Assembly (NCBI GenBank): GCA_903917705.1
Contig: CAIXBQ010000093.1
Span: 12,268 to 76,267, forward strand
Source of the DNA: an uncultured Verrucomicrobia subdivision 3 bacterium
Lineage (GTDB): Bacteria; Verrucomicrobiota; Verrucomicrobiia; Limisphaerales; UBA11358
Direction: 5' to 3'
Length of the DNA stretch: 64,000 bases
Shown here: piece after piece, positions 47,908-57,244 of the stretch
Layout of the letters: the number at the start of each line of letters is the position of its first letter
Numbering within the stretch: position 1 is the first letter of the stretch
Translations under genes and position numbers: made by a program
The notes under the pieces: generated by a model
The model's database searches: none
The model's input: only the letters and a program-made list of their open reading frames with translations
Told to the model about the DNA's origin: nothing

Positions 47908-49073
47908 CCGCCAGCAGCCAACACCTGTTGCTCTACGAACCGCGCACCGAGGGGCATCACCTCGGCTGGCTGCGGTTCATCGCTGAGGACTTGCTGTCGG
48001 CCGATTTCCACCTGTCCATCGCCGCCGATCTGCGCCCTGGTTCGCGCGCGCGTGTCGAACAAAATCTCGCCGGCCTGCTGGGGGAAGTGAAATTAATTTC
48101 CGCCTACGACGGCACCGGCCGCCGCCATCTCGATGGGAAAGCTCGTTCCGTGGCGCACTGTCTGCAAGCCAGCGGCGCGGAAAATGTCTTTCTCTGTGCG
48201 CTCGATGAAATCGCCTCACACTGCTGGCGCGGCGCCACCTTCGGCCGGCGTCCGCCGGTGGCACTGCGCGGGCACATTGGCGGCATCTATCATCGGCCGC
48301 GCTTTCTTGCCGCCTCAAAATGGTCGCCGGCTCGCGGCTTGAAAATGCCCGGCTTTCGGCGTCTCTTGCGCGAAGGCTGGTGGCGGCAAATGTTGTTCGT
48401 GGATGAATTCCTGGCGGCGGATTTGCAAAAGGATTATCCGTTATCGCCCGTTTTTTTCCTGCCCGATGCCTGCCCCTCGGGCTATGACGGCGACGTGGTC
48501 GCGGCCCAAAAACAATTGGGGATTCTGCCCGACCGGAATGTCTTTCTTTTTTACGGTACCGGCGCGCGGCGCAAAGGCTTGCACTTGGCCGTGGCGGCCA
48601 TGTTGCAGTTGCCGCCGGCATCGCCGGCGTTTCTGCTCTGCGCCGGCCACCAAAATCCCGCCGGCCAAACCGCCGCCGGTCTCGCGCAACTGGTGCGCCA
48701 AAATCGCGCGTGCGTGCTGGATCGCTACGTCACGGTCGAGGAGGAAAAACTATGTTTCGCCGCCAGCGACGCGGTGTTGCTGCCGTACCTGAACCATTTT
48801 GGCACCAGCGGCGTGCTATCCCGCGCCATGTCCGCCGGCAAACCAGTGATCACCTCGGACGAACAGCTGCTGGGCCGGCTCACGCGTGAACGCCAGCTTG
48901 GCTTGGTCTTCCCCTCCGGCAACCTTTCCGCGCTCCGTGAACAAATGCTTCAGGTGACGGGGTTTTCTGAAGCTGATCGCGCCCGTTTCGCCGCCGCTGC
49001 CCGGCGTTATGCGGAAACCTATTCGCGTGCCGCTTTTCGTGCCGCGCTACTCCGCTCCTTGGCCGTCACTTAA
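47904..49073 (+). CDS. GT-B glycosyltransferase (GT4-like)
   Basis: EGHH N-terminus, FYGTGARRKG, DAVLLPY, SGVLSRAMSAGKPVI. Confidence 0.82.
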   Translation: MTASSQHLLLYEPRTEGHHLGWLRFIAEDLLSADFHLSIAADLRPGSRARVEQNLAGLLGEVKLISAYDGTGRRHLDGKARSVAHCLQASGAENVFLCALDEIASHCWRGATFGRRPPVALRGHIGGIYHRPRFLAASKWSPARGLKMPGFRRLLREGWWRQMLFVDEFLAADLQKDYPLSPVFFLPDACPSGYDGDVVAAQKQLGILPDRNVFLFYGTGARRKGLHLAVAAMLQLPPASPAFLLCAGHQNPAGQTAAGLAQLVRQNRACVLDRYVTVEEEKLCFAASDAVLLPYLNHFGTSGVLSRAMSAGKPVITSDEQLLGRLTRERQLGLVFPSGNLSALREQMLQVTGFSEADRARFAAAARRYAETYSRAAFRAALLRSLAVT

Positions 49074-49074
49074 A

Positions 49075-50067
49075 ATGGATACCCCCCGGCGCATCCTGAT
49101 CGTCCGCCTCACCGCCATGGGTGACGTGGTGCTGACGCTGCCGGCGGTCAATGTCCTCCGCGAAAATTTTCCGGCCGCGAAAATCACCTTTCTCACCACG
49201 CAGGAAAATGCCGCGCTGTTGCAGGGTTTCCCGGGCGTGGATGCCACCCTCGCGCTGGACCGCGCCGCCTTCCGCAGCGGCAACCCGTGGCGGATGGGCG
49301 GTGAACTGATCCGGCTGCTGCGTCTTCTGCGGGCGGGCAAGTTTTCGCTCGCGGTGGATTTGCATGGCAATGGCGAGAGCGCCTGGCTCACGCGGCTTTC
49401 CGGGGCGCCGGAACGCTGGCAATGGTCGCATCGTGCCAAGCGGGATTGGGCCTACACGCGGCCGATTCGGGCCGATGTTATTGTGCATCCGGCGGAAACC
49501 CATCTCTACCTCTTGGCGCGCTGCGGTTTGAAAAGTGGCTCCATTCGCAATGAATTCGCCTTGCCTGGGTCCGCCCTCCAGGACGCCCGCGCCTGGTTTG
49601 CTGGCCAGCAACTTGATACCGCCCGGCCCACCCTCTACCTCCAGCCGTTCACCAGCGGCGCGCATAAGAACTGGCCGCTGGAAAATTATCTGGTGGTCGC
49701 GCGTCATTGGCGCGCGGCGGGTGTGCAAATCATCCTCGGCGGCGGCCCCGGCGATCGGCCGGCCTTGGAGCCGGCTCGGCGGGAAGGCTTTGCGGTTTCT
49801 GCCGGCGTGCCGATGTTGGTCACCGGCGGCCTCATGCAACTGTCCACGTTGGTGCTCGGCGGCGACACCGGCGCGCTGCACTTGGCCGTTGCGCTGGGCC
49901 GGCGGGTGTTGATGCTCATGCACCAAGTCACCCCGGGTTGCCCGCTGCCGTTTCAGCATCCTGATTGGGTGGTGGCGGCCCCCCGGCCGGAGGCCATTGT
50001 GGAGATTTCTGTGGCCGAAGTCCTTGCCGCAACCGCTAAGGTTCTGGGTCAGGCCACCCGCCGGTAA
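49075..50067 (+). CDS. Glycosyltransferase family 9
   Basis: RILIVRLTAMGDVV, KNWP, GGDTGALHLAVALG. Confidence 0.9.
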   Translation: MDTPRRILIVRLTAMGDVVLTLPAVNVLRENFPAAKITFLTTQENAALLQGFPGVDATLALDRAAFRSGNPWRMGGELIRLLRLLRAGKFSLAVDLHGNGESAWLTRLSGAPERWQWSHRAKRDWAYTRPIRADVIVHPAETHLYLLARCGLKSGSIRNEFALPGSALQDARAWFAGQQLDTARPTLYLQPFTSGAHKNWPLENYLVVARHWRAAGVQIILGGGPGDRPALEPARREGFAVSAGVPMLVTGGLMQLSTLVLGGDTGALHLAVALGRRVLMLMHQVTPGCPLPFQHPDWVVAAPRPEAIVEISVAEVLAATAKVLGQATRR

Positions 50068-50924
50068 TGTTTTTTATCGAACCGGAAGCCGAAGGTTTTT
50101 TCCAGCCACATCATCCGCCGGTGTTTTTTTTCACGCGCCGTGAGCCGGTGCTGCGGATCGGCCTGAAATATTCCCGCCGCCGCTGGCAGCCAGTCCTGCA
50201 CCGCCTGCGGATGCGTGCCGGAAAATAATTTCAACACCTCGGCGTCAATCTGTGCGTAATCCATCGGCTTGGGCGTGGAATCATCCCAGTATTTCTGCAC
50301 GGTGGCCGACTTCAGATTCATCTGCGCCTCGCTGCGCACCCAGCCGTAGTGATAAATCGTCGCGCCGGCATGGGCCGCCCGCGGGTGCCGCGATTTTTTG
50401 TGCCCGTCGAGCACGTTGAAAAACAGCGCCTCGCTCGACCACGCGGGAATCGTGTTGCGGAGGATGCGGACCTCGCTGCGATACCAGCCGGGCGACCAGG
50501 CGATGGTGTTTTGGTTCCCGTAAAAATGCAGGTAGTCAAACGCCAGCGCCTCGACGCGCTCGTCGTTCAGGTGTTTTTCCATCGCCGCGCGGATTTTCGG
50601 CAGATCCTGTTCGTGCAGCACCTCGTCGGCTTCGAGGTAAAATGCCCAGTCGCCGGTGCAGTTGAACAGCGCGATGGATTTCTGCTGGCCATAGACAAAG
50701 CCGCCCACGCTGTAATCGCCGCGCATCCGCTCGTTCCATTGCGTCGGAATGATGCGGATTTTCGGGTCGCCAATCGCGCGCACCATCTTTTCCGTGTCGT
50801 CCGCGCAGGGGCCGAGCGCGATGATGAATTCATCTACGAGCGGCAGTAGGGAGCGGATGGACGCGATGAACGGATAGCCGAGCTGCTGGCCGTTGCGCAA
50901 AAAGGTGAACCCGCTGACTTTCAT
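50049..50924 (-). CDS. Glycosyltransferase family 2-like protein
   Basis: MKVSGFTFLRNG...GYPF, WAFYLEADE, IYHYGWVR. Confidence 0.85.
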   Translation of the reverse strand: MKVSGFTFLRNGQQLGYPFIASIRSLLPLVDEFIIALGPCADDTEKMVRAIGDPKIRIIPTQWNERMRGDYSVGGFVYGQQKSIALFNCTGDWAFYLEADEVLHEQDLPKIRAAMEKHLNDERVEALAFDYLHFYGNQNTIAWSPGWYRSEVRILRNTIPAWSSEALFFNVLDGHKKSRHPRAAHAGATIYHYGWVRSEAQMNLKSATVQKYWDDSTPKPMDYAQIDAEVLKLFSGTHPQAVQDWLPAAAGIFQADPQHRLTAREKKHRRMMWLEKTFGFRFDKKHYRRVA

Positions 50925-51699
50925 TCAAATAATAGCCGAATTTTTTCAACCAGTAAACTTTCAGGTAGGAGTAAGGAACCTGCCGCTGGAATGCCCATGG
51001 CGGTCGTCCGCTCCGGTCGGTTTCTTCTCGGATCTTCTCCAGCATATACCTGCGATGGCCCATATAATGGGTCACAACGTGGCGGGCTTCCAGCAGTTTA
51101 ATGTGGGAAATTCGCAGGGCTTCGGAAATCGCAAACTGCTCTGCCGTGTGGATGCGGCTGCCAAAATCTAGCAGGGCATCGCATAGTTCCAGCGCCAGGT
51201 CGACCACGGCGCGGTCGTCCCGATGCAAGCCGAACACTCCCGAATTATACATTTGCGAGTCAGCCCCGAAGTGGTAGGAAATGTTGCCCGCCAGCGTGGT
51301 GTGGAAGCCGGCAAGGCCGATTTCCGGGTTCCGGCTTTCAAACGCATGCATGATGGCTTGCCCTGGCGACAGCCTCCCGGCTAGCTTGGCCATGTCGCCA
51401 CCGACAAACGTATCTGAATCCAGAAAGATCATGTGGCCCGGATATTTCTCGAACAAGCATTGCATCACGCGCAGTTTGGCTCGATGAACAAAGCCCGTCT
51501 TGCCCCGCATGGCCTCCAATTGACCGGCCACGGATTCACAAATCACGGGCCAATCTTTCACTTTGTCCGGCTGGTCGGTAAAAACAATGATTTGGGACGG
51601 GGTGTCCTTCAGCCGCCTGGCCAAAGTGCCAATGCTGTAAGCCGCCTCCATGAACGCCTCGTCACGGTCGCCATACACAAAATAGATATAGTTGGTCAT
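50830..51699 (-). CDS. Putative GT-A nucleotide-sugar transferase
   Basis: IFLDSDTF (DxD), NSGVFG, EQFA. The 3' end overlaps the next gene by 95 nt. Confidence 0.65.
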   Translation of the reverse strand: MTNYIYFVYGDRDEAFMEAAYSIGTLARRLKDTPSQIIVFTDQPDKVKDWPVICESVAGQLEAMRGKTGFVHRAKLRVMQCLFEKYPGHMIFLDSDTFVGGDMAKLAGRLSPGQAIMHAFESRNPEIGLAGFHTTLAGNISYHFGADSQMYNSGVFGLHRDDRAVVDLALELCDALLDFGSRIHTAEQFAISEALRISHIKLLEARHVVTHYMGHRRYMLEKIREETDRSGRPPWAFQRQVPYSYLKVYWLKKFGYYLNESQRVHLFAQRPAARLSVHRVHPLPTAARR

Positions 51700-51824
51700 G
51701 CCTTGGATGATCCGGCGCCGCGCTTGGCTGCCAGGTCTTATATTTGTTTACCCTATAATAAGAAAACAAATCTTGGCATGTCAATTCTATATTCTAATGA
51801 GGTGACGAATTCAAAGTCTAAATA

Positions 51825-52121
51825 TTAATCTCCGAACAGTTTTTTTAGGTGCGCCCGCGCCGCCTCCTCGCGGGACAGCTTGACTTCCTTCGGCTCCCAC
51901 TGCCGACGGATGAATTCAAAATATTCGCAGAAGTTGCCGAGATGTTTTTCCTGCACCAGGTCGGCGCGGCGTTCGCGGCATTGCTCCGCCACGCGCGGGT
52001 CGTAGTGGGCGCAGTTCAAGCACGCGCGCAAATCCGCGCGGCATTTCATGCAGACTTCGCCGCGACCGGGATTGCCATTGATGGTCCACGGCTCGCCGCA
52101 TTGGTGACAATGACGGGTCAT
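51825..52121 (-). CDS. Small Cys-rich (zinc-binding) hypothetical protein
   Basis: CHQC, CMKC, CLNC...C...NFCEYF; ATG 52,121. Confidence 0.75.
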   Translation of the reverse strand: MTRHCHQCGEPWTINGNPGRGEVCMKCRADLRACLNCAHYDPRVAEQCRERRADLVQEKHLGNFCEYFEFIRRQWEPKEVKLSREEAARAHLKKLFGD

Positions 52122-52127
52122 AAAAAT

Positions 52128-52200
52128 AAGTTGCAGGTTACAGGCCGCAAGTTGCAAGTTGAATTTGTGCCTGCACAGCCTGTAACCTGCAACTTGCAAC
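52128..52200. repeat. Palindromic element built from 7-bp units (GTTGCAR)
   Basis: Perfect 18-bp inverted repeat AAGTTGCAGGTTACAGGC (52,128-52,145) / GCCTGTAACCTGCAACTT (52,178-52,195), with extra heptamer copies. Confidence 0.85.
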
Positions 52201-52773
52201 ATGAAACTTGGAATCTTTGGCGGCTCATTCGACCCCGTTCACCTCGGCCATCTGCTTGTGGCGCAGGCGGCGGTGGAGGAACTGGGGTTGGAACGATTGT
52301 TTTTCGTTCCGGCTGCGCAATCGCCGTTCAAGCCGGAAAGCAAACCCGCAGCCGATGCCTTCCGCCTGCAACTACTCCGGCTGGCGCTGGCCGGCAAAAC
52401 GAATTACGAGATTGATGCGCAGGAAATCCAGCGGGGCGGGATTTCCTATACGGTGGACACGCTGGGCGATTACGCGCGGAAGTTCGCCGGCGCGGAACTA
52501 TTTTATCTCATCGGTGCAGACAATGCGGCAAAGTTAAACGAATGGCGCGAACCGGCAGAACTGGCGTGGCTGGCGGAATTTGTGGCGATTCCGCGGCCGG
52601 GTGGGGCGAGGCCGGTTTTCCCACCCCCGTTTCGGGGACGGGTGCTGAGCGGTTTTCCATTCGCCGTTTCTTCATCGGAAATCCGTGCGCGGGTGCGGGC
52701 GGGTTTGACCATTGAGAATCTGGTTCCCGCCGCCGTGCGGGAGGCAATTCGCATCGGGCGGCATTACCTTTAG
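52201..52773 (+). CDS. nadD: Nicotinate-nucleotide adenylyltransferase
   Basis: GIFGGSFDPVHLGH, SYTVDTL, LIGAD, VSSSEIR. Confidence 0.95.
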   Translation: MKLGIFGGSFDPVHLGHLLVAQAAVEELGLERLFFVPAAQSPFKPESKPAADAFRLQLLRLALAGKTNYEIDAQEIQRGGISYTVDTLGDYARKFAGAELFYLIGADNAAKLNEWREPAELAWLAEFVAIPRPGGARPVFPPPFRGRVLSGFPFAVSSSEIRARVRAGLTIENLVPAAVREAIRIGRHYL

Positions 52774-52923
52774 AAAAATGTCGCGCGAAAGCTGCGAAGT
52801 CGGCGAAGAAAACAAAGCCGATATTTTCCTTCTCTTTCTTCGTGGACCCCGCGCAAAACCGATTATTTGACAATTTAACCGTGTCCATTCGCTAACATCT
52901 GTGGTTAAATTACCCCGGTAACT

Positions 52924-53301
52924 ATGGATTCCAAAAAACTGGCGCTACTTTGCCGCGATTTCGCGGACAATAAAAAAGCCGAAAACATCGTCACGCTCGA
53001 CGTGCGCAAGCTGTCATCGGTGACGGATTATTTTGTGATCGCATCCGGCACAAGCCAGCCGCATTTGCGGGCGATCGTGGAGGAGCTCACCGGCAAGCTG
53101 CGCGACGAATACGACCTGCGCCCGTCACGTTCGGAAGGTTCGACGAGCGGAACCTGGGTGGTGCTGGACTATTTCGACGTGATTGTTCATGTGATGCACG
53201 CGGAAACGCGCAAACGTTACGATTTGGAAGGGCTTTGGGGCGACGCCAAACCGGTCAAGCCGGCAAAGCCGAGGAAGAAAAAAACGGCGGCGAACAACTG
53301 A
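52924..53301 (+). CDS. rsfS: Ribosome silencing factor
   Basis: KKAENI, TDYFVIASG, WVVLDYFDVIVHVM, YDLEGLW; follows nadD. Confidence 0.95.
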   Translation: MDSKKLALLCRDFADNKKAENIVTLDVRKLSSVTDYFVIASGTSQPHLRAIVEELTGKLRDEYDLRPSRSEGSTSGTWVVLDYFDVIVHVMHAETRKRYDLEGLWGDAKPVKPAKPRKKKTAANN

Positions 53302-53455
53302 TATATTACGGAGTCTGGATCGGGCCGCGGGGGTTGAAGTTGGGAGCCTTCAGATCGGGTGTGAGGACGCAGTGAAAATCGGGTTAGCCGCCCAGCAGCA
53401 CCCACCCTCCGGTTTGAGTCACGCGCAGCCTCGGCGCCTTATTTCCATCAAAGCG

Positions 53456-54760
53456 CTAAAGAATGTTTGCGGCCAGCTCGGCCAGTTCGGAGCGTTCACC
53501 TTTTTGCAACTCGATGTGCGCGGCGATGGCCTGGTCGCGGAACCGGCTGACGATGTAGTTGAAGCCGTTTGACGACGAATCCACATAGGGATTGTCAATC
53601 TGATACGGATCACCGGTGAAGATGATTTTTGTGCCACTGCCTACGCGCGTGATGATGGTCTTGGCCTCGAGCGGAGTAAGGTTTTGCGCCTCGTCAATAA
53701 TCATGAACTGGTTGGCGATACTGCGCCCGCGGATGTAGCTCAACGCCTCCACCACAATGCTGCCGCTGCGCATGAGATCAGCGGCCCGGCGATGGTCGTG
53801 ACCCATGTTCAGGTCGCTCAACATTTCCAGCGCGTCGTGAATGGGCTGCATCCACGGCGCAAGTTTTTCCTCCAGCGAACCGGGCAGAAAACCAAGCTCC
53901 TTGCCCATGGAAATCGTTGGCCGCGCCACGACCAGCCGGCGAAATTCCCGGTCCTGCACGGTGCGTTTCAAGCCGGCAGCCATCGCCAGCAGGGTTTTGC
54001 CCGTGCCCGCCTTGCCCATGAGCGTGACGAGTTTTACGCGGTCATCGAGCAGGGCGTCGAGGCAAAAATGCTGTTCGCGGTTGCGCGGTTTGATGCCCCA
54101 CACCCCTTCGCGGCAGTCAATGATCGGTATCAGCTTAGTCCCGGACGGATCCACTTTCGTCAGCGCCGCCTTTTTGGGATTGGTCTCGTCGGTGAGCGTG
54201 CAGAATTCGTTGGGGAAATATTGTTTGCCGGTGTCCAGCAGTAGTTCGTTCTTGGCCCGGAATGCGGTCATTTTCTCCGCCGACACGGTCAAGTCCACCA
54301 TGCCGGTGTAAAGGTCGGTGATGAAAACGCGGTCGGTCTCGTAATCCTCGGCGAACAGTCCCAGCGCGTCCGCCTTGATGCGTAGATTAATATCCTTGGA
54401 TACGAGGATGGTCGCGTTCTTTGGCTGCGTTTTCTGAATGCCGGCCGCGAGCGCCAAAATCCGGTTATCCACCGAGTCCTTGGTGAAGATCGTCTCGCCA
54501 TGACCGTTTTTCTGGAACGCGATCTTGAGCTTTCCGCCGTTGGGCAAATCCACGCCCGCGCTCAGGCTGCCTTCGCCGCGAAAGCCGTCGAGCATCCGCG
54601 ACACGGTGCGGGCGTTGCGGCCCAACTCGGTGGACTCGCGCTTGAAACGGTCAATTTCCTCAATGACTTCGATGGGAACGAGGACGGTGTTCTCCTTGAA
54701 GTTGACGAGTGAGTTGGGGTCGTGGAGCAGGACGTTGGTGTCGAGAATGTAGTTTTTCAC
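53456..54760 (-). CDS. PIN-PhoH (PhoH2) family protein
   Basis: YILDTNVLLHDP (PIN), GKAGTGKT, LGFLPG, YIRGRS, DEAQN, GDPYQID. Confidence 0.92.
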   Translation of the reverse strand: MKNYILDTNVLLHDPNSLVNFKENTVLVPIEVIEEIDRFKRESTELGRNARTVSRMLDGFRGEGSLSAGVDLPNGGKLKIAFQKNGHGETIFTKDSVDNRILALAAGIQKTQPKNATILVSKDINLRIKADALGLFAEDYETDRVFITDLYTGMVDLTVSAEKMTAFRAKNELLLDTGKQYFPNEFCTLTDETNPKKAALTKVDPSGTKLIPIIDCREGVWGIKPRNREQHFCLDALLDDRVKLVTLMGKAGTGKTLLAMAAGLKRTVQDREFRRLVVARPTISMGKELGFLPGSLEEKLAPWMQPIHDALEMLSDLNMGHDHRRAADLMRSGSIVVEALSYIRGRSIANQFMIIDEAQNLTPLEAKTIITRVGSGTKIIFTGDPYQIDNPYVDSSSNGFNYIVSRFRDQAIAAHIELQKGERSELAELAANIL

Positions 54761-54923
54761 GGGGCGTAAAAAAGGACAGTGGAGTTTCCGCCGCACATGC
54801 GGCGTCGGGTTGAAGGTTCGGCGGACAACATCAAAATATTCCCTGGAACTTTTTCAAAGTGTTTCGTCCGTACACCATGACTGTCAACGAAATTCAGTGC
54901 GGTCATCGAAATAGGGCGGAGGA

Positions 54924-56645
54924 TCACAGCGGGAAACCGCGGTTCTCATCCGGCAGCACGACTTCGCGGCGCGCCGGCACGGTTTCCGGCGGCGGGGCCG
55001 GTGCGGCCATTTTCACTGCCGTTTTATCCGTTGGCAGCTCGGGGAATTGCGATTCAAGGGTTTCCGGTTCGGAAGCTTTCTCCGCTAACGGCGCGGCGGG
55101 AGGAATGATTTCAACCTCGACCTTTTCCGACGCAGGCAGTGCGGCGGGAGCCGTCATTCGGTTAACTAGCGCCAGCATCGAAATGGCCGACGCGGCGACG
55201 CGCTCGGCCTTTTCAATGCGCGCGAATTCACCGTAAATCTCCGCCAGCGCCGGCTCGTCGCGCAGTGGTAATTCCTGACCCGTGCCGGTGCGCATAGCCA
55301 GCAAAATGTCGTAGGCGTTAATGGCGTCGAGCGGGCGCGCGGGGACGAACGCCGCCTCCGCGCCGGCGACTTCCGTGACCAGCCGAGTTACCCCGAGCGT
55401 GCGTAAAACCGACTGCGTGAGCCGGCTGGGAATGCCGAGTTCCAGCGAAAGCTGGTGGACGGTCGCGGGCGGCTGGCTGTTTTGAAATCGCTGGCCGAGG
55501 CAGGTCATCAGGCGCAGCGCCACAAACTCGCGGCCGCGCTGGTTCACGTTGTCGGCGAGCCGGTCCTGCAAATACGCGGCGCGGTTCTGGAAAGCATAGG
55601 CGATCTGCGCACCGAGCAACAAGAACACCCACGAAAAATACAGGCCGACCATCAATACCGGCACCAGGCCGAGGCTGCCGTAAAAACTGAGGTTGCTGAA
55701 CACCCGCGATACGTAGAGATAGCCGAAGACGTTGTTCAAATGCCAGAGCAGGCCGGCCACGGCGCCGCCGACCAGGGCGGCGGAAAATTTCACCTTGGTG
55801 TTCGGCATCAGTTGATAGAGAAATGTGAACGCCAGCCACATCACCAGCAGCGGCAGGAGGTCAAAAATAAATTTCCCCACCACCGGCATCTGGGTGATAA
55901 AATCCTTGGCCGCGTGGAACTGCGAGCCGCCGGCCAGACTCGCGGCGGCGATGAGCAGCACCGGGCCGAACACGATGGCGGTGCAGTAAATCGGCACCTG
56001 CCGCAGCCAGTTACGGCCGCGCGTCACCCCCCAGATGTCATTGAATGTCTCCTCAATGCGACCGAGCAGCGAGATCGCTACGAACACCAATAGCACCACG
56101 CCCGTTGCGCCGAGGGTGCCGCTTTGCGTGTTTTCAACAAAGCTCCAAACCTGCCGGGCGATCTCCTTTTGCGCGGTGACGGTGACCATGCGCGTCTCCG
56201 GCGGCGTCACGGCATTGGTCGCGGTTGCCAGAAAATTGGTTGGCGCAACAATGCTCACCGTGCCGGTTGGAACCGGATTGGTGGCATTGATGGTGCCGGC
56301 CGGGGGATCCACCCGCACGACATTGGTGCCGATGGTGGCGGGCGGTGTTATGCCGGAAATGAATTGTTCCACCGCCTGCTGGAATTGCGCCTTGTCTTGG
56401 GTTTTGAGTAGGCTGCTGGAGACACTCAAGGCCACGGCCAGCAGCGGAATCAGCGCGATGAGCGTGGAATACGACAGCGCCGACGCGCGCACCAGACAGC
56501 GGTGCCGGACGAACTGCCGGATGACCAGCACCCAGAAATGAACAAAGCGTTCCAGCCGGCCTTCCAGCAAAAAGATCTCATCCTCCGCATCGGCGGCGGC
56601 ACCGGAGAGAATTTTGACGAGACGGGAAAACCTTTTGCTGGCCAT
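54924..56645 (-). CDS. YihY/BrkB-family inner-membrane protein with C-terminal Rrf2-like HTH
   Basis: RASALSYSTL, IEETFNDIW, YQLMPN, YGSLG, LLGAQ; C-terminal HTH-like segment. Confidence 0.88.
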   Translation of the reverse strand: MASKRFSRLVKILSGAAADAEDEIFLLEGRLERFVHFWVLVIRQFVRHRCLVRASALSYSTLIALIPLLAVALSVSSSLLKTQDKAQFQQAVEQFISGITPPATIGTNVVRVDPPAGTINATNPVPTGTVSIVAPTNFLATATNAVTPPETRMVTVTAQKEIARQVWSFVENTQSGTLGATGVVLLVFVAISLLGRIEETFNDIWGVTRGRNWLRQVPIYCTAIVFGPVLLIAAASLAGGSQFHAAKDFITQMPVVGKFIFDLLPLLVMWLAFTFLYQLMPNTKVKFSAALVGGAVAGLLWHLNNVFGYLYVSRVFSNLSFYGSLGLVPVLMVGLYFSWVFLLLGAQIAYAFQNRAAYLQDRLADNVNQRGREFVALRLMTCLGQRFQNSQPPATVHQLSLELGIPSRLTQSVLRTLGVTRLVTEVAGAEAAFVPARPLDAINAYDILLAMRTGTGQELPLRDEPALAEIYGEFARIEKAERVAASAISMLALVNRMTAPAALPASEKVEVEIIPPAAPLAEKASEPETLESQFPELPTDKTAVKMAAPAPPPETVPARREVVLPDENRGFPL

Positions 56646-56835
56646 GCTGCCGAAACGCTAACAAAGCGCGCGGCCAAGTCAATGACGCGCCCGCCCATGC
56701 CGATCGGGAGTCGTGGTTCCATCGCGCCACCGGATAGGTGGGTTGAAGCATCCCGTTTATCCGGGTTATTTAACAAATTAACCCGGTTCGAATGGAAATT
56801 GACATGGAGTAAACGGGATCTTGTTCTGTAGAAAG

Positions 56836-57150
56836 TCAAAGTCCCGGGCTGCCGCCGTTGCGGGCTCCTTCCTGACAGGCTTCGGCCAGCGCACCCACCA
56901 CACACCCGGCTCCGAGGGCCACTCCTACCACGGTCACATCGCCCACCACGGCCAGCGGCGTCAGGGTGGCGCGCTGCCATGGGCCGTATAGATATTTGCC
57001 ACCCTGGGCGGATTCGGCAAGGGAGCCGGTCGGGTCTTTTTGCCAGAGGTTGCCGGTCAGGCTGTGATCTTTGAAGGTTTCGCACCCTCCGGCCAGGCCG
57101 GCCAGCAGCAAGGCCGGCAGTAGCAAAAACCATTTTGTGAAGCGCCGCAT
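56836..57150 (-). CDS. Putative small lipoprotein
   Basis: MRRFTKWFLLLPALLLAGLAGG-C lipobox-like signal. Confidence 0.6.
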   Translation of the reverse strand: MRRFTKWFLLLPALLLAGLAGGCETFKDHSLTGNLWQKDPTGSLAESAQGGKYLYGPWQRATLTPLAVVGDVTVVGVALGAGCVVGALAEACQEGARNGGSPGL

Positions 57151-57244
57151 GATGGTTTCAATCGGGTGGCTGTCGTTGTAATCCCGTCGTCCCGCCATGG
57201 CAAGTGGCAATTTGGCCTCCCGGTGGCGGCCAACCAAAAATCAT

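Noticed and set aside
56761-56786. CCGGGTTA-N10-TAACCCGG inverted repeat upstream of yihY
   Set aside because: A single short palindrome with no U-tract and no identifiable cognate regulator; function cannot be supported.
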